Under the pieces are notes generated by a model, which did no database searches, was not told where the DNA came from, and saw nothing but the letters and a program-made list of their open reading frames with translations. Both the position numbers and the translations under genes were made by a program. DNA of 64,000 bases. Source: an uncultured Gammaproteobacteria bacterium. GTDB lineage: Bacteria > Patescibacteriota > Patescibacteriia > UBA9934. Below are positions 19,319 to 28,619 of the stretch, in pieces. Each line of letters begins with the position of its first letter. The stretch's first letter is position 1. The stretch is taken from assembly GCA_964452565.1 (NCBI GenBank), contig CAYVLY010000001.1, positions 142,638-206,637 of the forward strand, read 5' to 3'.

Positions 19319-20233
19319 TTACATCTTTCTTGTCTGGTCAAACCTAGATGACTCTTGCACCAGTCTCTTTATAAGTTTATTTATGGCCTCAAAAGTTAGG
19401 TCATCACTGTACTTTTCGTCCAGTCTTACTGCAATCTCAGATAGTTTCATGCCTTTGCGCTGCATGATGTAGGCGTCAAGGGCCTTGGGAAGTGCTTGCT
19501 TCCTACTATCCTTTCTAGCTGGCACGGGAAGTTCTTTTTCTCGTTCCTTTTGTATCTCCTTGTAATTTGTCTGAAGTAGCCTCTGCATTTCTTTTAAATT
19601 GCAATATGGCGGAAAGCTGACTTTTAAAACTGTTTCTGCACTATCTTTTTCAATTTCTATTGACAGTTTGCCACTGTGTTGTTTCCTTGTGAAATTGGAA
19701 TTCAGCCAGTATGGTGGCCCCTCACGTTCATCATAGACTGTATTTTGGATGATAATATTATCAAGAATCGGTGGAAGGAAAGTGAATTCCGCATCTTCGT
19801 ATGCCATAAACTGAGCACGCTCCTTACTCATCCCCCTTTCGGATATATATTCCTTAACTTTGAAGGGCGTGAATCTGAAGTGGTCATGCCAGTAAAGCGA
19901 TGGAATTAATTTGTATTTCTTGATCAGTTTTTCGATTCTTTTTCTATACGCATCGCTATGATTTTGCGCTATAAAATTGCGTACAATCTTGGTCGAGTCC
20001 ATGCTGTCTGTTGGAATGAGAAACTTGGGATACCATCTCTGAATCGTGCTTCTAATTAAATTCACGTCGAATACAAAGTCTTCATTTATACAGAGGTAGA
20101 CCAACTCCTCGATAATTTGCATGTCGTGATCGTCATAAAAGTTGTAAGTAGCTAACTCGTCAAAAAGAATAGCCAAGCTATCGAGTTGGATTGGTTCAGG
20201 ATCTAATATAATCTTAATCTCATCTTCATCCAT
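19319..20233 (-). CDS. Hypothetical protein with putative C-terminal HTH
   Basis: KGMKLSEIAVRL...LTFEAINKLIKR. Confidence 0.6.
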   Translation of the reverse strand: MDEDEIKIILDPEPIQLDSLAILFDELATYNFYDDHDMQIIEELVYLCINEDFVFDVNLIRSTIQRWYPKFLIPTDSMDSTKIVRNFIAQNHSDAYRKRIEKLIKKYKLIPSLYWHDHFRFTPFKVKEYISERGMSKERAQFMAYEDAEFTFLPPILDNIIIQNTVYDEREGPPYWLNSNFTRKQHSGKLSIEIEKDSAETVLKVSFPPYCNLKEMQRLLQTNYKEIQKEREKELPVPARKDSRKQALPKALDAYIMQRKGMKLSEIAVRLDEKYSDDLTFEAINKLIKRLVQESSRFDQTRKM

Positions 20234-20324
20234 ACTAGTAAATTACAACCTAATTATTACTTAGTAAAGGTTCACGAAAGAACTTTATCGTGGTTTAATG
20301 TAAATTGATTAAATTAAATTAGAT

Positions 20325-20948
20325 ATGGGCACAGTTACTACGATACTATTAGGACTAATTGCGTACATTTTATGGCGTATTTATAGACAGCGAGAGGATG
20401 AGAAGACCGAGCAATATGCTGCAAAATTACGAGAAAAGAGGGATGCAGAGCGGGCCATTTTTGAAAAGCAGTACCCCCATCTTATCGGCAATGTAGACCA
20501 TACTTGGATAGAGCTTTTTTCTAAGTATGCAGAACAAGGTTTGTTGTTGAAAATGTCATTCTTGCTATATCTGCAAGACTCAACAAAGATGGAGCTCTCC
20601 GAGGGCTCTATAAAATGGGATGACCTATGGGCACTCTCAGAGGAGCTGTTAGAACATCTGGAAAAGTATCACGAAGGTACAGTGGAAGAGCATGAGTTGG
20701 CACTTGCTGCATACTGGCAAAATGCCGCTACGGCTGTTGGAAAGCTAATCGAACAGAGCCCCACAATAAAGGGAGAAGATATTGACGCACCACCTTTCAC
20801 AAACATAATAGAGATTCCGAATTTTTTTCCCAAAAAAGAAATACACCCAGAGCAGGAATTTAATTTCATGGAGCCTGATCACTCTTTTCCCAGAAATGCG
20901 AATGGATCTGATCACATTAGGGCAAAAATGAAAAAACAGGGAATTTGA
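20325..20948 (+). CDS. Hypothetical protein with N-terminal membrane anchor
   Basis: TILLGLIAYILWRIY hydrophobic segment; 207 aa. Confidence 0.65.
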   Translation: MGTVTTILLGLIAYILWRIYRQREDEKTEQYAAKLREKRDAERAIFEKQYPHLIGNVDHTWIELFSKYAEQGLLLKMSFLLYLQDSTKMELSEGSIKWDDLWALSEELLEHLEKYHEGTVEEHELALAAYWQNAATAVGKLIEQSPTIKGEDIDAPPFTNIIEIPNFFPKKEIHPEQEFNFMEPDHSFPRNANGSDHIRAKMKKQGI

Positions 20949-20960
20949 TATTAATATAAA

Positions 20961-21860
20961 GTGGATATGGAAAATCACCTAATGTATTTAGATGAATCGG
21001 GCGTTGCGAATCTGGGAGATCAGAAACATAAATACTTTTTTATAACATCGGTAACAGTTGAAAGGAGCATTGACAGAGAGGTCTCTGCTTACTTCAGTTT
21101 CATAAAAAGGCGTCATGGATTGGATTGCAAAAATACTTTGCATGCTTATGATGTTTTTGAAAATAAGGGGCATGAAAATTACATAACAGAAAATAAAATC
21201 TGTAAAAAAATTGCCAATTCGATCGGTGAATTTGTAGAGAACGCACCTTTTGATATCAGGGTCTACTATATAGATAAAGATAAGTTAAGAAAAAAGATGG
21301 GTGTCCCTGAAGGCTATCAATTCAAAGGTGCCCAGAAGCACAAAGAGGATAAGGAGTTGCCTTATGAAATAATTGCCAGAAAACATTTCTTTGAATTTGC
21401 TAAGTATTTAAAAAAGAAGAGGGCCATCGGGTCAGTAATTGCTGAAAGTAGAAGGGGGGCTGACAAAATCCTACTAACATCATATCTAGACGCTCAAGAT
21501 AAAAATATTTTCAGTAAAGATAAACAAATGTTCAAAAATGCAACCCTCGCCAAAGAACACATACATTCTATTTGTTTTGCTGGTAAGGGAAGTCTGAAAG
21601 GTGGGCTAGAATTTGCTGATATTATTTCTTATTGCGCATACAATGACATTGCTGGCAATTTCCCAGAACAAAGGAATGACAGTAGGGGCATCAAAGTAAT
21701 GTGGGGGCAAATAAAAAAACAGATTTATAAATCTGCTCCTCAAGAAATTACGCCTGCCATGATGAAGAAATTGGCAAATGATAGGATTAACGAGAGCGCC
21801 AAGCGTGTTAAGCAGAGACTGTCTGAATTCAGCGACCTCGTGAATCCCACCCGAAGGTAA
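20961..21860 (+). CDS. DUF3800-family (RNase H-fold) protein
   Basis: MYLDESG N-terminal motif, LHAYD, IAESR, GLEFADIISY. Confidence 0.75.
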   Translation: MDMENHLMYLDESGVANLGDQKHKYFFITSVTVERSIDREVSAYFSFIKRRHGLDCKNTLHAYDVFENKGHENYITENKICKKIANSIGEFVENAPFDIRVYYIDKDKLRKKMGVPEGYQFKGAQKHKEDKELPYEIIARKHFFEFAKYLKKKRAIGSVIAESRRGADKILLTSYLDAQDKNIFSKDKQMFKNATLAKEHIHSICFAGKGSLKGGLEFADIISYCAYNDIAGNFPEQRNDSRGIKVMWGQIKKQIYKSAPQEITPAMMKKLANDRINESAKRVKQRLSEFSDLVNPTRR

Positions 21861-21958
21861 GAGTCCACTTAACTAAAAAGTAACAGTTATTTAGGCGATA
21901 GTAAAGTGGATATTTATTGAAATTGATTAAATGAGCTAATTTTACACTACTTTTAGCT

Positions 21959-22570
21959 ATGAATGCTATCAAAGAAAAGTTGCTAAAGACTATAAGATCA
22001 AATATAAAGTATAAATCTATACAGGATATAGATCGTATTGATTTCAAGTCCTTTAAAGCACTTATAAGGGCAGTTGAGATGGGTGAAATAAAATTAGGCA
22101 TGGATAACACCGCTGCTAATCAACTGGCAAGAACGAAGATATTTGGAGCTTTTAGCTTTTACCTTTTTATGTTCCTAGCAGCGTCTTGGATGTGGGTTTC
22201 CATTGCTGCGATTGTATTGGCCGTTTTAATGTCGGAATATTGGCTACTGGCTGCTATCCCAGTTTCTATTATCGGGTTGATGACTGCTAATCCGTATAAT
22301 CCAGCAAAAAAGTTTTTTAGCCTAGTATTCATCATTCTCTGCATTTACGTATTATTCGGATTAATAGGTGGCTTTGAGACACTGCACTATTTGTCACTCT
22401 CCTACGTTATTGTATTTCTGGCGACAGCCTATGTTTATGACATGAACCAAAAGCTAATGCATGATTTAGCACTGGAGTCGGAGGAATGGTTTATTTATCT
22501 ATTTCAAAGTAGAGCCGTAGCGATTTTGGAAGATGGCAAGAATCCTATAACGGAAGAGATCGAGTTATGA
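21959..22570 (+). CDS. Membrane protein (about 4 TM)
   Basis: Hydrophobic helices; overlaps the start of the next gene. Confidence 0.65.
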   Translation: MNAIKEKLLKTIRSNIKYKSIQDIDRIDFKSFKALIRAVEMGEIKLGMDNTAANQLARTKIFGAFSFYLFMFLAASWMWVSIAAIVLAVLMSEYWLLAAIPVSIIGLMTANPYNPAKKFFSLVFIILCIYVLFGLIGGFETLHYLSLSYVIVFLATAYVYDMNQKLMHDLALESEEWFIYLFQSRAVAILEDGKNPITEEIEL

Positions 22571-23223
22571 ATGAGTATTCAAAAGAACTAGCTGCGAAAT
22601 ACACTCAAGGGCGTGATGAGTTTAAGGATGCTGACTCAAAGCTCTTTGAATTTGTACAACGAGTTGGCATTGAAGATAAGGACGTGCTGGATCTTGGATG
22701 TGGAGATGGAAGATATGCTGCAAAGTTTATCGAAATGGGTGCAGGGAGTGCTAAGGGTATTGATATAAGCCCTGCAATGATTGAATTGGCCAAGGAGCGA
22801 CGAAGTAACATCGAATTCACAATTGGAGACGCAGTAGATTTGCCATATGAAGATAATAGCTTTGACATTATCTTTAGCAACTTTGTACTTCAGCACTGTA
22901 AAGATACTCGAAAGGTCTTTAATGAAATTGCACGAGTATTAAGAAAAGATGGATATTTTGTCGGTACATTTAACTCAATAGACACTGATAATAAGGGAAT
23001 CCTGAATCAGGAGATGCCCATTCTACTCGGTCAAGATAATCCAATTACTGTTTACGACCTAATGAAGCTCGATGAAGAGTATCTTGAAGCCATTAAAGAC
23101 GCTGGACTGGAAGTGATTGAATACGTCGACGAACCAAATGCCTGCGCCTTTATAGATCCAAATTTCGAGCACTATTCGGATATTAAAAAGTTAAAGACTA
23201 TCGCTTGTTTGTTAAGAAAATAA
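22567..23223 (+). CDS. Class I SAM-dependent methyltransferase
   Basis: VLDLGCGDG, GIDISPAM, LPYEDNSFD, RVLRKDG. Confidence 0.92.
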   Translation: MNEYSKELAAKYTQGRDEFKDADSKLFEFVQRVGIEDKDVLDLGCGDGRYAAKFIEMGAGSAKGIDISPAMIELAKERRSNIEFTIGDAVDLPYEDNSFDIIFSNFVLQHCKDTRKVFNEIARVLRKDGYFVGTFNSIDTDNKGILNQEMPILLGQDNPITVYDLMKLDEEYLEAIKDAGLEVIEYVDEPNACAFIDPNFEHYSDIKKLKTIACLLRK

Positions 23224-23224
23224 T

Positions 23225-23725
23225 ATGAACATTGCATTAGATGATAAGCTGGAGAAAGCAGTCCGACTGCTCATTGAGTACGTTCCTGAGGAAAAGGATC
23301 GAAAAAAGAACATAATTACACATGCTCTCAGGGTCGGAATGTACCTTTATGAGAATAATTACTCAGAAGATGTTGTAATTGCTGGATTTTTACACGATAT
23401 AGTTGAATGGACTGATAGCCCGCAGGAGACACTTCGGGAAGAATTCGGTCAGCATGTGTTGGATATAGTACTCGCAAATACTAAAGATAGAAATATTGAA
23501 GATAAGCCAGAGCGAAGAAGGGATATGATTGAGCGCTGTCAAAGCGTTGGGAAGGACGCCCTTATCGTGAAGGCCGCAGACACAATTGATAGCTATAACT
23601 TTTATAGATCGGCAAACAACCCAGATGAGACGCAAAGAGCAATCGACATAGCAAAACTTTTATCAAGCGTGGTTACACAGGAGGAGAAAGATCCAATTTT
23701 CGATAAGTTAAGTGCTCTTGAATAG
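23225..23725 (+). CDS. HD-domain hydrolase (Mesh1/SpoT-hydrolase-like)
   Basis: IITHALRVG...AGFLHDIVE...FG..V..IV...TK...VKAAD. Confidence 0.75.
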   Translation: MNIALDDKLEKAVRLLIEYVPEEKDRKKNIITHALRVGMYLYENNYSEDVVIAGFLHDIVEWTDSPQETLREEFGQHVLDIVLANTKDRNIEDKPERRRDMIERCQSVGKDALIVKAADTIDSYNFYRSANNPDETQRAIDIAKLLSSVVTQEEKDPIFDKLSALE

Positions 23726-23743
23726 TTCTAACAGCATCAACCG

Positions 23744-24170
23744 TGCGGAGCCATGAAGGAGTGACCAGTTTTGGTCGCTTTTTCTTTTTGGTCACCCTTC
23801 ATGGCTGTCGCCCTAAGTGATACGAGCCCAGCGAGTATCTACTTCTGGGCGAGCCATAGTATAATTAGGGCATGTATTACGTTTACATATTAAAATGTAG
23901 CGACAACAAATTCTACACGTGATACTCTGCAGACTTAAAGAAAAGGTTGCAATTACACCTATCTGGACGAGTGTTCTCGACCAAGGGTAGATTGCCAGTC
24001 GAGTTAGTATTCTATGAGGCATTTATAAATCAGCAAGATGCCAAGCGTCGTGAGATGTACTTGAAGACCACTGCTGGCAAAAGAGCAATTAAACTCATGC
24101 TTCGCAAATATCTCGCAAAACAATAACTTACAGTGTTATTTTGTATACCCATCGTGAACAGCGGAACTGT
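23744..24170 (+). repeat. 427-bp direct repeat, copy 1
   Basis: Identical on reading to 25626-26052 (offset 1882). Confidence 0.95.
23872..24126 (+). pseudogene. GIY-YIG nuclease with in-frame TGA at codon 17 (copy 1)
   Basis: MYYVYILKCSDNKFYT*YSADLKKRLQLH...STKGRLP...RREMYLKTTAGK. Confidence 0.85.
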
Positions 24171-24204
24171 GGTAAAATTATAAGTGTTAATATAATTGTG
24201 ATTT

Positions 24205-25065
24205 ATGATAGATAAACCAGTTCCCGAGGAGGCAAGAAAAGAATTTGAAAGGATGCAAAATCCAGAAATTGTCGCAACTGATTTAGAGGGTAATGCTCCT
24301 GAAGTTGGTGCTACAAAAATTATTATGCAGAGGCATGAAAAATATGTGCGGGGCGATGACGAGGGTCAGCCATTGGGTAGTCTAACTGAAGAATCAGCAG
24401 AAAAAGCATATCAACAAAGCAGAAGAATAGTTGAACAAATGCTAGATTCTATTGAGGATGATTTAGATGAGATCGATTTTCTTGTAGTTGGCAGTAGTAC
24501 ACAATATAAGGGCAAGGGACAAAGGAGCAGAGAGACTGCACAGCAAGCACTTCAAGCTTTACGTGACGTGCTTGAAGAGAGGGGTGTTGATGGTGGTCAG
24601 ATATTAAACAATAGATCAAAAGCAAAAGATGTAGCCACGATCACTCGAATGAGAGTAGATAGGATATTCAATGAATGGCCAGAGTACGCAGCTTTTCTTG
24701 AAGATAAATACGGAAATCAAACACAAAAATTTTGGCAGGCTTTTGAAGAAGATTGGCACCCTTATGAAAGAAGGGCATTTGGTGCAGAGGGGCCTGATGA
24801 AATGGACGAAAGATTTGCAAGTTATATAAAAACACTTGCTAAGTTTTCCGGTTTTCACCATTCAAAGCATCAAGATAGACGGCTGGTTCTCTGGAGCGTA
24901 TCGCATTACGATACAGTAAGTCCCTATATAAAACGTCACATAACTATGACGGATCCAAACCAATATGTGGCTGTTGATTACGGTGCAGGGATCAATATAG
25001 ATATTGATCCTGATGGGAATCCTACATGTGACTTTCGTGGGAAAAAATACGAAGTTAGTCTTTAG
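24205..25065 (+). CDS. Histidine-phosphatase-superfamily-like protein
   Basis: IIMQRHE, SS....RSRETA, VSH. Confidence 0.55.
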   Translation: MIDKPVPEEARKEFERMQNPEIVATDLEGNAPEVGATKIIMQRHEKYVRGDDEGQPLGSLTEESAEKAYQQSRRIVEQMLDSIEDDLDEIDFLVVGSSTQYKGKGQRSRETAQQALQALRDVLEERGVDGGQILNNRSKAKDVATITRMRVDRIFNEWPEYAAFLEDKYGNQTQKFWQAFEEDWHPYERRAFGAEGPDEMDERFASYIKTLAKFSGFHHSKHQDRRLVLWSVSHYDTVSPYIKRHITMTDPNQYVAVDYGAGINIDIDPDGNPTCDFRGKKYEVSL

Positions 25066-25067
25066 AT

Positions 25068-25595
25068 ATGCTTACAAAGTTTTGTGACGCAGAAACGATC
25101 TTCAATAAGTTTCTAAAAAAGTATAAACAACATAAACGAGGTCTTTTCATCGTTGCACCATCGGGCGCAGGAAAGACATATTATGTTAATCATCAGGATG
25201 AATATGATTGGATTGATGGTGACGAAATTTGGATGGCAACAGGCGCTCAGCCTGACAGGGCATGGTGGACCGAGGGTTTAGAAGTTATAAATCACGTAGA
25301 TCAAAGGTGCGATGTTACAACTGAAGAGTGTAGACGTTTGGGATTATGGGTGATAGGAGCGTCCAACTCTTGGCTCATCCCTGATGCCGTAGTAATTCCA
25401 GATTTAAGAATTCAAAAAAAATACATAGTCAAGCGTGAAGACGAAGCATATGACGGAGGTGCAACGAGCAAGGACTTTGATCAAGTTATTTCTCATAGAA
25501 AGATAATTCTAAACCACGCTAAGAAAAATAAAGTGCCAGTATTCAAAACTATCGAGGAGGCAGTGGCTTTTCTCAGGAAGAAGTACAGTATGTAA
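25068..25595 (+). CDS. P-loop NTPase / small kinase-like protein
   Basis: APSGAGKT Walker A, WIDGD. Confidence 0.7.
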   Translation: MLTKFCDAETIFNKFLKKYKQHKRGLFIVAPSGAGKTYYVNHQDEYDWIDGDEIWMATGAQPDRAWWTEGLEVINHVDQRCDVTTEECRRLGLWVIGASNSWLIPDAVVIPDLRIQKKYIVKREDEAYDGGATSKDFDQVISHRKIILNHAKKNKVPVFKTIEEAVAFLRKKYSM

Positions 25596-25625
25596 GCATG
25601 TTAATAGTTCTAATATCCTCCACGA

Positions 25626-26052
25626 TGCGGAGCCATGAAGGAGTGACCAGTTTTGGTCGCTTTTTCTTTTTGGTCACCCTTCATGGCTGTCGCCCTAAGT
25701 GATACGAGCCCAGCGAGTATCTACTTCTGGGCGAGCCATAGTATAATTAGGGCATGTATTACGTTTACATATTAAAATGTAGCGACAACAAATTCTACAC
25801 GTGATACTCTGCAGACTTAAAGAAAAGGTTGCAATTACACCTATCTGGACGAGTGTTCTCGACCAAGGGTAGATTGCCAGTCGAGTTAGTATTCTATGAG
25901 GCATTTATAAATCAGCAAGATGCCAAGCGTCGTGAGATGTACTTGAAGACCACTGCTGGCAAAAGAGCAATTAAACTCATGCTTCGCAAATATCTCGCAA
26001 AACAATAACTTACAGTGTTATTTTGTATACCCATCGTGAACAGCGGAACTGT
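25626..26052 (+). repeat. 427-bp direct repeat, copy 2
   Basis: Identical on reading to 23744-24170. Confidence 0.95.
25754..26008 (+). pseudogene. GIY-YIG nuclease with in-frame TGA (copy 2)
   Basis: Same sequence as copy 1; TGA at 25802-25804. Confidence 0.85.
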
Positions 26053-26068
26053 CATAAAATATGAAGTT

Positions 26069-26719
26069 ATGAAATTCTATTTATCATCCTATAAAATTGG
26101 GTCAGAAGATTCACAGGCCAAGTTCAAAAACTTACTTGGTGACAATAAAAAAGCTGCCTATATCTCTAATGGTCTTGACTTGGCTCCTTCTGAGGCAAAG
26201 AAAAAACATGAAGAACGAGATATTAGAGAGCTCAATGGAGTTGGTCTGCAAGTCGAACAGGTTGATTTAAGAAATTACTTCGGTAAAAAGGACGATATCA
26301 GAGTTAAGTTAACAGGCTTTGGTGTTTTTTACTTAAGCGGGGGCAACGTTTACGATCTCCGCATTGCCATGAATCTTAGCGGTCTAGATGAAATACTTCT
26401 AGAACTTGTAGATTCAGATATTATTTATTCAGGTTACAGTGCAGTAGTTTGTGTTCTCTCACCAACACTGAAGGGCTACCATATCATCGATGATCCAAAT
26501 AAAAAAACGTATGGGAACTACGATACAATCTGGAAAGGGCTCGGATTCATTAGCTGGCAATTTGCGCCACACTTTAATTCCGACCATGAAGAGTCAGAAG
26601 ATATAAATAAAGAAGTTGCTTATTACACTGAAAATGACATGCCTTATAAAACGCTGGCAGATGGCGACGTCATTATTTTGCAAAGAGAGGAGTTAGACGG
26701 CCCCGCAATTATGAAGTAG
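26069..26719 (+). CDS. Peptidase E / S51 family
   Basis: MKFYLSSY, YLSGGNVY.LR, YSGYSA, APHFNSDH.ES. Confidence 0.8.
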   Translation: MKFYLSSYKIGSEDSQAKFKNLLGDNKKAAYISNGLDLAPSEAKKKHEERDIRELNGVGLQVEQVDLRNYFGKKDDIRVKLTGFGVFYLSGGNVYDLRIAMNLSGLDEILLELVDSDIIYSGYSAVVCVLSPTLKGYHIIDDPNKKTYGNYDTIWKGLGFISWQFAPHFNSDHEESEDINKEVAYYTENDMPYKTLADGDVIILQREELDGPAIMK

Positions 26720-26735
26720 ATTAACAAACGGAGCC

Positions 26736-26772
26736 ACAAAAAGAGATAGGTATAATACATATCTCTTTTTGT
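26736..26772. terminator. Hairpin/terminator directly after the third CGGAGCCA core
   Basis: ACAAAAAGAGATA...TATCTCTTTTTGT. Confidence 0.65.
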
Positions 26773-26898
26773 TGTTTCGTGTCTGAGGGTTTTAAGCCAC
26801 TGGGTTCGGGCAGCTAGGATATAGGGAGGTGCCCTTGACTAGAATGATGTAAACATATACATTCTTTGTGACCTGGATTCCAACAAGGAGGTGAACCC

Positions 26899-27639
26899 AT
26901 GTCGATTCATATCGGAGCCAAGGAAGGGGAAATCGCCCCTGTCGTCCTCATGCCTGGGGACCCTGCGCGTGCCCGGCGCATCGCACAGAGCTTGTTCGGT
27001 GCTGACACCAGGCCTTACCACAAAGTGCGTGACAACCCAAGCTTCACCGGCCGTGTCACTCGGGACGGAGTCGAACTTCACGTCTCGGTGCAGGCATCGG
27101 GCATGGGCATACCCTCGTTCGGGATCTACGCTACAGAACTCTACGATGAGTACGATGTCAAGGTCATCATCCGCGTGGGCACGTTCGGTATCATGCATCC
27201 GGACATGAGCCCTGGAGATCTCGCTATCGCCCAGTGCGCGAGCACAGATGCGAGCTTCATCAAGCGCTGGTTCAAGGGTGCGAACTTCTCCCCACCCGCT
27301 GACCCTGAGCTGCTCTTCAATGCTCAGATGGCCGCACGCGAGCAAGGCCTGCAGGTACGTGTCGGCAACATCCTGAGCACTGACATCTTCTATGACAAGG
27401 ATCATCCGGAAGCGTGGAAGCTCTGGCCGCGCTTCGGTATACTAGGTGTTGAGATGGAGGCAGCGATGCTCTACACGCTTGCCGCACGCAGGCATGACAA
27501 GGGCTGTCGCGCACTCGCCATCCTCACTGCCAGCGACCACCTCGAGACGGGCGCTCAGATGAGTGCCGAGGAGCGCGAGACCTGCTTCCCAAGGATGCTC
27601 GACCTCGCCCTGGCTAGCGTCGTGCCTCTCTACGCCTGA
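26899..27639 (+). CDS. deoD: Purine nucleoside phosphorylase, DeoD type
   Basis: HIGAKEGEIA..VLMPGDP.RA, GMGIPS, IRVGT, GVEMEAA, SDHL; AAGGAGGTG SD. Confidence 0.93.
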   Translation: MSIHIGAKEGEIAPVVLMPGDPARARRIAQSLFGADTRPYHKVRDNPSFTGRVTRDGVELHVSVQASGMGIPSFGIYATELYDEYDVKVIIRVGTFGIMHPDMSPGDLAIAQCASTDASFIKRWFKGANFSPPADPELLFNAQMAAREQGLQVRVGNILSTDIFYDKDHPEAWKLWPRFGILGVEMEAAMLYTLAARRHDKGCRALAILTASDHLETGAQMSAEERETCFPRMLDLALASVVPLYA

Positions 27640-27730
27640 TCCGCAGTCGATTTCATCGTGACCATGCATGGTCCTCCCGCCCCAAGCTCTCTGAGCTGCG
27701 GCGGGATTTTTGCTAGAATGATGATGTTAT

Positions 27731-27832
27731 AAGGAACTGGAAAAGTTTAACAAGATGATGATCGGACGAGAACGGAAGATGGTTGAGCTAAAGAAACGAA
27801 TAGCTGAACTTGAAAAATCTCAAAATGGATAG
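27731..27832 (+). pseudogene. Remnant of a coiled-coil C-terminus like that of the PAS protein at 2..496
   Basis: KELEKFNKMMIGRERKMVELKKRIAELEK versus KKMNEFMTGREEKMMELKKEL; in-frame TGA just upstream. Confidence 0.55.
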
Positions 27833-27955
27833 CTCCAAATAGTATCAAACAGATGGAATAACAGAATTAAATAAAAAACACCCATAAACCGCTATTGGGT
27901 GTTTTTTATTTTTATAGATGCACCATAAGGCAAGAATTTGCTATAATATACAGAT

Positions 27956-28618
27956 ATGAAGTTAGAACTAAATGCCAAGAAAATACTTAAAACGCTCCTG
28001 CTTATCAATCTCATTTTGATAATCATGCACCTTATTTCGCAGTTCATGCTTTTAAATTTTGAGTATTCTGAGGCGCTTGCGAACTTTGCATTTAGATTTA
28101 ACATGGATGTTGAATCAAGTGTCCCAACATGGTTCGCTATTGTACTTTTATTTTCAACAGCACTACTCCTATTACTTATTGGTCTGAAGACGCGAAAAAA
28201 GAAGCAAAAAAAGTACTGGCTTGCGCTTTCTGCAGTTGTTCTATATATGAGCATTGATGAGGCCTCGGTTATACACGAGCTAATGAATGAGCCAATGCAA
28301 CAATTATTTGGTATTACAAGCGGGCCTTTGTTCTTTGCCTGGATCATACCTTTCTCATTGGTAGTATTGATTGTGGTGGCTGTATTTGCAAAATTTTACT
28401 GGTCGTTAGATCGTAAAACAAAATTGCTATTCGCGTTGGCTGTGAGCCTATTCATCCTTGGCGCAATAGGCGTTGAAATGATCTCAGCGGCACACTGGCA
28501 ATCACAGGACTTCCAGTACGACTACACCTACCGCATCCTCAATGCCTTTGAGGAGGGCTTGGAGAACTTTGGAACGATAACCGCAATCTACGCACTTAGC
28601 TTAAAACTAACAAAATAA
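27956..28618 (+). CDS. Multi-pass membrane protein
   Basis: ESSVPTWF, SIDEASVIHE, EEGLE; about 7 TM. Confidence 0.7.
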   Translation: MKLELNAKKILKTLLLINLILIIMHLISQFMLLNFEYSEALANFAFRFNMDVESSVPTWFAIVLLFSTALLLLLIGLKTRKKKQKKYWLALSAVVLYMSIDEASVIHELMNEPMQQLFGITSGPLFFAWIIPFSLVVLIVVAVFAKFYWSLDRKTKLLFALAVSLFILGAIGVEMISAAHWQSQDFQYDYTYRILNAFEEGLENFGTITAIYALSLKLTK

Positions 28619-28619
28619 T

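Larger units (their letters stand above)
15923..23753. mobile_element. Integrative element at the tRNA-Asn 3' end (attL core 15923-15930, first attR-like core 23746-23753)
   Basis: CGGAGCCA direct repeat, LSR, replication-like genes, cargo on the opposite strand. Confidence 0.75.

Noticed and set aside
21842-21852. GAATCCCACCC matching the tRNA-Asn T arm
   Set aside because: 11-bp match inside a CDS, with no CGGAGCCA core or att arm; probably chance.
23920-23922. Selenocysteine reading of the TGA
   Set aside because: The position is a conserved Gly, not Cys, and no SECIS-like hairpin is evident.
23813-25904. Duplicated 69-aa minus-strand ORFs
   Set aside because: Antisense shadows of the interrupted GIY-YIG genes.
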